64,000 nt of DNA from the NCBI GenBank assembly GCA_002104945.1, contig MCFH01000002.1, positions 248,001 through 312,000 of the forward strand. The letters are read 5' to 3'. Source of the DNA: Piromyces finnis finn. Its lineage: Eukaryota > Fungi > Neocallimastigomycota. A program made the translations under genes and the position numbers. Position 1 is the first letter of the stretch. The number at the start of each line of letters is the position of its first letter. The notes beneath the pieces are model-generated. The model was given only the letters and a program-made list of their open reading frames with translations, did not search any database and had not been told where the DNA came from. This document shows positions 51,777 to 62,800 of the stretch, piece after piece.

Positions 51777-54700
51777 ATAGTAATAGTTCTAATAATCCGG
51801 TGAATATTAATGTGTATGATTATTCTAGTGTGTGCAGTAAAATATTTAAATTCCTTCTTGGGGGAAGAAGTTTTAACAATATTAATTACAATTCAAGGGA
51901 ATGGAAAGAACTTTGTAAGCGTCAGATTCAATCTGGTACTAATGAAGGAACACCATTCTTGACGGGTCCTCTTGGGAACGTGCCTTCATTTATTTAATAA
52001 ATGTAGTTTCTCAAGGGGGTCTACTCATGCTCATGGTACTGAGAGAGTAGAAAGAATTAAATCCAAGTATTGCGCAATGGATGCTTGGTTAGTCTTTAAG
52101 GGAAAATTATTAGGACTAAGCTCATGGTACTGAGCGATTAAAAAACATTTTATTCATCGAATTTAAGTATTTGATGAATAAGTTGAATGTTTGATACTCA
52201 GGTAAGTTTGTATAGTATTTAATTAGAAGAGTAATACATTTTGTTGCTGTATTTTTTTTCTTTTATTCATGTATTCATGTAGTACTACTCTTCTCTTGTA
52301 AGAATCCAATGTAGTCAACTTTAGCATTTGCATTGTATTTTTATATTCATGTAGCTATTGTTGTATTGTTTCTTGTAAGAGACTGATTCACTCTACATCA
52401 TGTAAAAATACTATTCACAAGCTTTCTGGTGTCGACATTCTTGATTCAAATTTTTTACCAATTTAAATATTTAATGAAAAGAAAAGTCAAACAAGTTTAG
52501 TGTCAAAAAGCGAATCGAATTTACTAACAACAAACCAAAACTAGAATTTTTAAAGAAAATTTACAACTAGAATTCAAAAAAAAGAAACTTTAAACAAAGC
52601 ATCGTAACAATTTTTGTACTATCCAGTACTTTTAAGAAGAGAGAGAGAGACAGATTTTTTTCCATATACGTTATATTTGTAATTTTTATTAGTATTTATT
52701 TTATATTCAATATTTTTTAATTAGAATTTATTATCATGTCAGTCCTTTATATTAAAGATAAGAATTATATCAGACGTGGTACCCGGTCTTATAGTATCCC
52801 CTTAGATGATATTCGCTCCTTCTTTATCCGTGGTATTCGATCATGGTCAGTAAATATGCTATGGGAAAAACTCGAGGTTATTCTAGAAGATAAATTTAAT
52901 TCAGTTATTAGTGTTAAATATTTTCAAACTTTCAATGATCACTTTTTCTTAGTCAAGGTTCATGGTTCATCAAAAGATTGTATTAAAATCTTACACATGT
53001 TAAAGAAGAAACTTTCAGTTACCTCAATTTCCTTTTCAGCTCGTAGTAGAAGGAATCACAAATACACTTTTTCCACTCTCAAACGTAAAATTTTAGTTTC
53101 TAATAAACATCAACATTCTATTCAACATTCATTTCAACAATCAGTTCAACAATCTCATCAACAATCCGATCTTCAACAAGATCTTCAACAAGATCTTCAA
53201 CAAGTTTCCCATCATGAAAATATTCCAGATCTACAGCAAACACAATTTCAATCTCAACATTCAACAATTAATTCTAATAGTTCTATCAACTCTGATAACA
53301 GTTCAATAGTTGATAGTTCTTCAGTTTCACAGCCATCTAGTAATAGTTCTACTTATTCCTCTGATGCATCATCCATTAATAACGATGACTTTAATAATAA
53401 TAATAATAGCAACGATTCTTCCTCATCCAACAAGCCTGATAACTTTTCTTTTTGTCTTAGTTGGAACACCAATGGGTGGAATCACGAAAAGAGAGATAGT
53501 ATTAGCTATTTCACAGTTATTTTCAAACCATTATTTTTATGTTTCCAAGAAACTGGTAATGGTTCTGGTTCGAATACAGATTATCCTTGTCGTGTTACTT
53601 TGCGAAACTATAGACACTTTTTCAAGAAAGCTGACGAATCAGTTCCGGGAATGAGAGGTTTATATTTAGGTTTTCACAATTCGTGTCAAGCCTCACTTGA
53701 AAACTTCTCTGGAAAGTATATTATTTCTATTTATACTTTTAGTCTCTGGAATAGATTCAAATGCTCGATTGGAAATGTTTATATGCCTCATAGTCATCAC
53801 AACATCTATGTTGATCATGCAAAGTTAGAAGTTCGCTTGTGGTTACAAACTCATTCATCCCATCCATCGATTCTTGTTGGTGATTTTAATATGTCTAAAG
53901 TAAAATTATCCAACTGGTTATCAACTAATGGATTAGGAGATTGGGAAATTCTTCCGCTTAGAGGGTCGACTATCTCTTGGACTCGAGGTGAACAATCTTC
54001 CGACATTGACCATGCTCTTATCAATTCGAAGATGAAAGATCTTATTCACTCAGGATCATTTATAAATAATTTTTATCCTGTATCAGACCATAAGCCACTT
54101 CTTATTAATGGTAAAATTATTCCTATGGAAGATTTTTCTAATGACTTTAATGTTCCTAAGAAAATTCTGAAATGGAATAGATTAAAATGTATTGAGGAAA
54201 AGGAATCTATTCTTAGTCATAATAAATTCCAAATTCTTTCAGCAAAATTCAACGATCCTAATGTTTCTACAGATGAACTTTCCAAAGAGTTTACTTCAAC
54301 TGCTTTTTCAATTGCAGACGAGCTCAGTATTACCTCAGCAAATAATGTTATAAAGTCTTCATTTCATATTTCACAACAAATTTTTAATCTCCAAAAAATC
54401 AAAATGAAGTTGTATAAGAGATTTAAAAAAGAAAGAATTTATGATATAGATGAATTTATTAAAAGAATTAAAATCTACCATAAGCTCATTGATTACATCC
54501 ACAAAAGATGTAATGAATTTAGGAAACAAGAATATCTTCATTGGATTAAAACAGGATGTGAGTATATGAAGAGTCATAATCCTAAGAAGGCCTGGAAATG
54601 GATCAAGAAAACTGCAAAAATTGGAAAAGATTCTTTCTTTATTGCTCAACCAATTAAAAACAAAAATGGAGAATTAGTTGTTGCTACGGAAGAACAACTA

Positions 54701-57518
54701 GATGTGTGGCATGATCATTTCGAAAACCTTGCATCAGATCCAAGTGGTGTAAGTCTTGATTTAGAGCATTGGTATGAAGAACCAACGAATAAACGTTTTT
54801 CACTTCCTATGCTTGATGAGTGGGATATCAACCAAGATATTAGTATTGATGAAGTCAAGTCAGCTATCCTCTCTACTCCAAATTATAAAGCATCAGGTCC
54901 GGATGGTATTCCAATTGAATTTTACAAAGCATTAATTCCATCAAGTAATGATTCTAATAATGCTACAGATAATAATTCTTCCGGTAATACCACTTCAGAT
55001 AATGATGCTTATGGTTTAAATTTTATTCTTAAATTATTCAACCGTATTTGGGATGGAGATTTCCCCAACTCATGGAATGAATCCAGTATTGTTTCCATTC
55101 CTAACTAAGAAGGGAGATTTGACAGATTGTGATAACTATCGAGGTATATCACTTATCAATAATGGTATTAAGTTGATTTCCAAAATTGTCACCACTAGAA
55201 TTTCAGAATATGGTCTAAAGAATAATTTCATTAGACCTGAACAATTTGGTTTTCGAAAAAGGAAGAAAGTATCAGTCTTTTCATTTCAATCCAAGAAATA
55301 TGCCGTAGACGTCAATTAGATAATAAAGAGACATATTTGGCCTTTTTAGATTTCAGGAAAGCATACGATTCAGTCCCAATCGGTAATATTCTCCATAAAT
55401 TAGATTGTTTAGGAATCCGAGGTAAGAGTTTACAATTTATCAAAAATTTATATTTAACATCTAAGGCTAATGTCAAATTAGATGGACAATTCTCGAAATC
55501 TTTTGATGTGAAGAAAGGAGTCCGTCAAGGTTGCCCTCTTTCTCCTATTCTCTTTAATCTCTTTATTAATGATATATTTAAAGAGTGTGAAGATCTAGGA
55601 GTCAGTTTAGGTGACACTCGATGCTGTGGTGGACTTTTTGCAGATGATATAGTTATTTGTGCTCCAACAAGAGGATGCTTAAAAAAGATGCTTAGAAGAG
55701 TTAATGAATGGGCCTTGTATAATGAAATGGAATTTGGTATCCAGAAATGTTCAACGATGGTGATTCGTCCTGAATCAATAGAAAATCAGAACAAGAGAGA
55801 TCCAACATTTTACTTAGCAGGACAACCCATTCCAACTACTGATTGCTATACTTATCTTGGTGTTCCATTTGATAAGAATCTGTCCCTTAAACCAGTAATT
55901 AAAGCTCTTAATAACAAGGTTTTGAAAGGGCTTTTCTCAGTCAGTAAATTCTTAAGAAATCCTAATATTCCTATTCCTTTCAAAAAGCTAGTACTTAACT
56001 CACAAGTGATTAGCAGAGTTTCATACTTTGCACCATTACTTGGATCCAACAAAGCTAGGTCTAGGATTGCTCAGAAGCATGTTAACAAAGGAATACGATG
56101 GATTGCCGGAGTTCATAAAGCTGTATCGTTTATATCTTTATACTCTATTTCAAAAGATTTGAATATTCCTCCATTGTCAGCCAAATGTGCGTTAGCTCAG
56201 GTTAGATGTTTTAACAAATGGAAAAACTCAAATTGTATTATCTCACACCTTGTCAATTACATTCCTAAATTTAGAAAATACACGTGGTGCAAATCAAGTA
56301 GGACACTTGATAAAAAATTAAAGAAACATGGAGATGTTAAAGCAGTTAAAAACTTTTATTGGAAAGATCTCAAAGGGAATTCAATCAAAGCGCAATATTA
56401 TGATGATAATAAATTTATTGAAACTAAAGATTTTATTAAATTATGTTATGAATACCCAGAGTTTGCCTATGGCTTCTACTGGCTATTGAAAGCAAGAAGC
56501 GGATACAAGTTGGATGCTAGAGTTGCCAAAGCTGCTAAATTTGTTGATCCAGTTTGTCCTAACTACTGTCCATGTTGCAAGTGTGGAGATCAAAGTATTA
56601 AACATTGGTTATTAGATTGTCCAACATTTAGAGATATCCGTATTAAACATTATGATTCTATAATCCAGCTATTAAATTTTTTCAGTCAACGTAATTCCAA
56701 TAGTCCTATCAATAATAATGAAAATGTTAATATCAGCAGAGATAGCAATAACAGTAATAGTAATAGTAACAATAGTAGTAATAACAATAGTAATAGTAAC
56801 AATAGTAATAATAACAATAGTAGTAATAGAAATAGTAATAATAACAATAGTAGTTATAGAAATAATAATACTAGTAATGATAGCAATAGTGAAGATAATA
56901 ATTCTAATTTAGATAGTAATTTAGTTAATGATAGTAATAGTTCTAATAATCCGGTGAATATTAATGTGTATGATTATTCTAGTGTGTGCAGTAAAATATT
57001 TAAATTCCTTCTTGGGGGAAGAAGTTTTAACAATATTAATTACAATTCAAGGGAATGGAAAGAACTTTGTAAGCGTCAGATTCAATCTGGTACTAATGAA
57101 GGAACACCATTCTTGACGGTAACCGCGGAACTTCTAACCAAAATCATGCCTTTTGCTATTGGCCAGCAATGGTCAATGTTCAAAAGGTTTGAAGCAACAT
57201 CCAAGAGCGTCAATGCTGAAGAAACAGTAAGACAGGCCAGGAGGGCCAGCGCAACCAATGGAGATCATAATTTTGTCCCATGATAAAATTTTGATCTTTG
57301 GCTCGGTGTCCCATTGGAAGTCAAATACAATTATTATACTTTAGTATGATAGTGGCTTTCTTACTTTAATTAAAATTACTAGAATACATTATACCCAATT
57401 TTTATTCATTTGTGTTTATTTAAACATATTTTTTTTATTTTTATTTTATTTTAATTTTTATATTTCATGTATTATAATTTTAATTAAATTAATAATAAAG
57501 TTTAAAATATTTGATGCC

Positions 57519-57551
<33 letters not shown>
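51777..57551 (+). mobile_element. Full-length non-LTR retrotransposon (APE-RT, RTE-like), about 5.8 kb, poly(A)-tailed, with a 13-bp TSD
   Basis: Single long APE+RT ORF, AATAAA at 57494-57499, A30 tail at 57522-57551 and a perfect TSD. The RT motif PKKGDLTDCDNYRGISL resembles RTE-group elements; the clade call is tentative. Confidence 0.92.
52736..57283 (+). pseudogene. Retrotransposon polyprotein (N-terminal domain, AP endonuclease, reverse transcriptase, CCHC knuckle) broken by two frameshifts
   Basis: APE: LSWNTNG, CFQET, LVGDFN, SDIDH, SDHKP (~53445-54100). RT: GPDGIPIEFYK, EQFGFR, FLDFRKAYDSV, GVRQGCPLSPILFNLFI, LFADD, YTYLG. Knuckle: CPCCKCGDQSIKHWLLDC. Frameshifts near 55105 and 55260. 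Confidence 0.92.
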
Positions 57552-57557
<6 letters not shown>

Positions 57558-57563
57558 TTTGGT
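57551..57563 (+). repeat. Right target-site duplication of the full-length LINE
   Basis: AGGGCAATTTGGT, identical to 51764-51776; the first A is shared with the poly(A). Confidence 0.92.
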
Positions 57564-57896
57564 TTTCATAATAAAGAAGAATACGTTAGCTTATTTATTT
57601 CCATGTTACTTTTCTTTTTTATTTCATTTAATTTATTAGGTAAGGACCAATCCCACACAGTATAAATTGCAGAGTTCATTGAACTTTTTATGCAACTTTA
57701 ATAATTATTTTATTTTATTTTATATTTATATTTTTATATATATTTTATTTTTATTTATTTATTATATCAATATGTATTATTACCTAATATAAAGTAATAT
57801 CTCAAATTAAATAAATAAACACAAGAAGAAGTGTATTTTCTTCCTAGTTTAAAAAAAGAAAAATTGGGGGGCTCAGGGTTTATCCATTTTAGACAA

Positions 57897-58522
57897 GATA
57901 AGAATTTATCTCTTAAACTAGTTATTAGAGCTCTTAATAATAAGGTTTTGAAAGGACTTTTCTCAGTAAGTAAATTCTTAAGAAATCCTAATATTCCTAT
58001 TCCCTTCAAAAAGCTAGTAATTAAGTAATTAACTTACAAGTGATCAGCAGAGTTTTATACCTTGCACTATTACTTGGATCCAACAAAGCTAGGTCAATTA
58101 CATTCCTAAATTTAGAAAATATATATGATACAAATTAAGTAGGACACTTGATAAAAAATTAAAGAAGCATGGAGATGTTAAAGCAGTTAAAAACTTTTAT
58201 TGGAAAGATCTCAAAGGAAATTCAATCAAAGCTCAATACTATGATGATAATAAATTTATTGAAACTAAAGATTTTATTAATTATATTATGAATACCCAAA
58301 GTTTGCCTATGATTTCTACTGGCTATTGAAAGCAAGAAGCGGATACAAGTTAGACACTAGAGTTGCAAAAACTGCTAAATTTGTTGATCCATTTTATCCT
58401 AATTATTGTCAATGTTGCAAGAGTAGAGATCAAAGTATTAAACATTGATTATTAGATTGTCCAACTTTTATGTATTAAATTAATAATAAAGTTTAAAAAT
58501 ATTTAATGTGTTAAAAAAAAAA
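57897..58522 (+). mobile_element. Older 5'-truncated, internally deleted copy of the same LINE family
   Basis: Colinear but diverged relative to ~55871-56062, ~56252-56637 and ~57468-57521 of the full element. Ends in an A10 tail at 58513-58522. Flanked by the degenerate TSD TCCATTTTAGACAA (57883-57896) / TCCCATTTAGACAA (58523-58536). Confidence 0.88.
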
Positions 58523-59817
58523 TCCCATTTAGACAAACTAGATCTTTACTAAATAATATATAAAAATTTTAAATGTTATATTAATAAATTGGGTAATTAA
58601 TATAAAAAAAACCTATTTATAAAACCTTTTTTTTTTTTAAAGTATTTTTATCTATATAACATTTCATAAATTAAATTTTATTATTTTTGTTTTATTTATT
58701 ATTAATATTTTTTTTTTTAGTATATATGTTTCAATACCAGAAAGTTGTAAAAAGAATTTATCATTCAGAAAAAAAATTATTAAAAAACTTTACTAATATT
58801 CTTTATAAAAATATAAATAGTAATTTATTAAAAGTTTATATATAAACAATTAATATTTAAAGCAGATAATGCTTGGAATTCTTTAAATAAAATAAAAAAA
58901 TATTTTTATTCATTTTTTTTTTTTTTATTAATATTATTGTTAAAAATGATAAGAATTTTTAAGTTAATTATTTGGAACATTTTTTTTTAAGTAAAATTAT
59001 AAGAATAAATGTCCAATAAATTAAAATATTGGGATCTATCTTTATATTTAAATCAATACATTTTAACTTAAGTAGTCCTATATTTATTATATATAAAAAA
59101 AGTATTTTAATTAATACCATTTATATAACTTATGATTAACACTATAATTTGATTGAAGAACATTATGTAAAAAAAATAAACTTTATTATATTCATGACTT
59201 TTTTTTTTTATATTACGTAACTCATATATTATGGATAAATATGTTAAAAAGATAAGAAAAGGATTAATTGAAATATAACAATAAAAATATTTACTATTTA
59301 TTAAAGGTTATTAAAGAAATGAAATGAATTAGTAAAATAGTTACTTTTTAAATCACACTTTCAACAAATGAAAAAAAAAAAAGATTATGAAAATGGAAGA
59401 TAAAAAATATCAAATAATATTACTATAAATTAGACAATAATATAATTAATATTATAATTAATTAGTATTAAATATTCTCTTTATAAATAAAAAAAGAAAT
59501 ATGAGTAAAACAAGAACATAACGTAAAGGAATAATTTATGATTGGTGCTTATTATTATGTCTAAAATATATATATCTTTTAAAATTAAAGTTATTAAAAG
59601 GAAAAGAAGTAATTATTTTTTTTTATATAAAAAAGTATTTAGAATAAAATAATCATTATTATAAATATATATTTATTTAATTAAAAAGTAAAAGTAGAAT
59701 TCTTTATAAAAAAACATAATACAATATATATTATTTTTTTTAATTAGAAATTAATATAAAATTCAATATTTAATAGTAATTGTAACATTTTTATTCATAT
59801 AGTTAAATACTATAAAG

Positions 59818-62800
59818 ATGAATGAAATTGTTAGGTTACTTACTTCTATGAAAGTAGATGAAAATGGATTAATTTCAGATCGAAATTTTGTAAAAGACAT
59901 TATTCGAAAGGTTGGAGGTGATAAAAATTTAAAATCATCTTTAAAAAATTCTTATTTGCCATATACATCATGGTATATTGTTAATATCCAAGATATCCAA
60001 GAGAATAATAACAATGTTAAAGAAGATGAAGATTATGAAATTGTATTGATTCGTATCTCTACCATTAATGAAGCATTTGATGAATACGAAAAGCTTATTC
60101 AAAATGAATATATTCTTAACAAAAAGTTGTTAGACTATGGTGTTTCTCCAAAATTCAAAGGATATTCTTTTTTTGGAAAATGTATGTGTGTTTCAATATT
60201 TTTTACTTATTGCCACAATACTTTAGCAGAATATATGGAAAAGAATGATTTTAAGAATATCTTAAAGGAATTAGTTCATAAACTTTATTTGATACACCAC
60301 CAAGAAAATGGAAATTACTGTATCTTACCTACATTATCACCATACAATATTTTATGTTCTAAAAATAATCTATGCCCCATTATTTTCTCTGAAATATTTT
60401 TGTCCAATGACTCGGTTTCTTTAATGAATAAATTAAAGAAACCTCAAAAACACAACTGGTTCGTTCCTGAATTTAATCAGCTCGGTGAATCTGAACAATA
60501 CCAATTATCATATTATTCATCTATTCATTCCTTTGGTTACATCCTTTATTATTTATTGACTGGTAAAGCACCACTTACTTCAGATGAAGAATGGAAAATA
60601 TTTTTTGAAGAAAGATCTGATAATATAGAGCATATTCTTTTTAGAGATATCATTAAAGAATGTATTAGTGTTAGTGAAGAGAATAAAGTTTTATTTTCTT
60701 CATTATATAAAAAAATAAATACTGCTTGTGAGAAATCGTCATATAACCCGTTTACTAATGATTCTCTAAAATGTAATAAGGAATTTAATTCCGATAATAA
60801 AAATAAAAATAATAATAATGTTATATTATCATCCAAAAAACACACTATTTTATCATGTGAAGCATTTAATAATATTAATAATAGTAATAGTAATAGTAAT
60901 AGTAATAGTAATAGTAATAGTAATAGTAATAGTAATAGTAATAGTAATAGTAATAGTAATAGTAATAGTAATAGTAATAGTAATAGTAATAGTAATAGTA
61001 ATAGTAATAGTAATAGTAATAGTAATAGTAACAGTAATAGTAATAGTAATAGTAACAAAGATGAAAAGGAAAGAGATGATGAAAATTATAATGATAATAG
61101 AAACAAATTTATTTCATCAAATGATAAATATATGGATGGATTTACTTTTAAAGATATAGATTCAAAAAAGAAAAAAAGAATATATTTTATACATTTATGT
61201 ATTAGATTATATGAAAAAATAGATGATGATATAGAAGTATATGATTTATATAATCAAAACAATAGTTATAAATTATTAAAATATAATTATGATAATGATG
61301 ATGATACAAAGTATTTTTCAGTGGTACCTTTTTATGTTTATAATGGTATGAAATCAGTAGTATTTGGTGTGAGAAGTAGACTTAATATAAATAATGATAT
61401 AAAATTATTAGAACCAAAAGCAAGTAAAATTAAAAAAACTAATAGATATAGATATAAAGTTATTTTGACAAATGTAAGCCCAGATATGTATATTAAAATA
61501 TATAAGCCGATTTATAAAGATGTATTAACTTACCTTAGACAAATATCTTTAATTAACCCTAAAAATTATGAATATCCATATCAATATATATCTGAATTAA
61601 CAGAAATGTTATCAAATTATGATTTAGTTGATATAATATTGAAAACCGGATTTAATCCTTTTGCTAAAGTTATTATTAATATATTAAGGTCCAGAAATTA
61701 CTCACTAAAAGATATATCAAAATATATTGATAATAATTATAAGGTTAATTCAAATAAATATAAAAATGCTCCTGAATTAATATACGAATTAAATAAGGAA
61801 ATAGATCTTGATAATAATCAAGAAAATAACAATATTGATGAAAAAGTGATTATTGATAAAAAAAGAAATGAATTATTATGTGACGAGAAGTTTTACTCAA
61901 ATGAAAATAAAACAGATCAAAAGAAGGATATCGTGACTGATGTTATGGAAATGATGCCAAATATTCTTAATAGTGAATATTTTGATTATATAGATAAAAA
62001 CTTTTGTCAGAAGAAAATAGAAGAATATAACAATTCTCCAGAAGGTCAAAAAAGAAGAATAACTACAATTTTAACTCCTGAAACAATAAAGAAAATAAAA
62101 CAAATTATTTTTGGTTTATTGGCAAATACCCCAATGATTATAAAAGGTTTTACTTCTGCTGGAAAAAGTTTCAATGCTATTGTAAGTTCTGTTATTCATG
62201 GAGGTCAATCTCCTGTTTCAATAGTCCTTTCAGAAAATACAACAGTAGAAGATTTGTTAGGAAAATACATTTTACAAAGAAAAGAGTCATCAATGATGTC
62301 TTTTGTTCCAGGTGTATTGTTAAAAGCTTATATTGAGGGAAAAATACTTATTTTAGATGAATGTGATTTAGCCAAGCCTGAAGTTTTATCTTGTATTTTA
62401 GGATCTTTATCAAAAGACGAAATTACTGTAAATAATAGAATTTATAGAAAAACAAAAGGTTACAATGTTATATTAACTATGAATGGTGAAACAGAAGGGT
62501 TCACTAGTACTCAAAGAAACGAACTCAATTTAAATATTTTATCAAAATTTGTTATCATAGAATTTGATAAAATGAGTAAAGAAGAATGTGAACTTATATT
62601 TATGAAGCTTATGCCTAATGCTTATAAACAAAATGTTCCTAATTTTGTAAATTTACATAATAGGATGTTAGAATATTCACAAAAGACAATTGATCCTATT
62701 GTTACCTTAAGAAATTTAAAAGCATGTATTTATTTATTGAAAGTTAATATACCAGTTAGAGCCTCGGCTGAAATTGCTTATTCAGGAAGATTTCCTATTG

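Noticed and set aside
51743-51997. 84-aa ORF as an independent gene
   Set aside because: It starts at a TTG in flanking DNA and simply reads through the 189-bp duplicated LINE segment.
51965-52150. Canonical HDV-like or hammerhead ribozyme in the LINE leader
   Set aside because: A P1-like pairing GGUCCU/AGGACU with a G-U base exists, but the GG needed for P1.1, a pyrimidine L3 and a P2 partner are missing. There is no CUGANGA...GAAA hammerhead core. Kept only as an unclassified structured RNA.
57864-58541. Helitron 3' end (GC-rich motif, short hairpin, CTAG) at the reconstructed empty site
   Set aside because: The hairpin is only 3 bp, and CTAG is followed by A rather than the T expected from Helitron A|T insertion.
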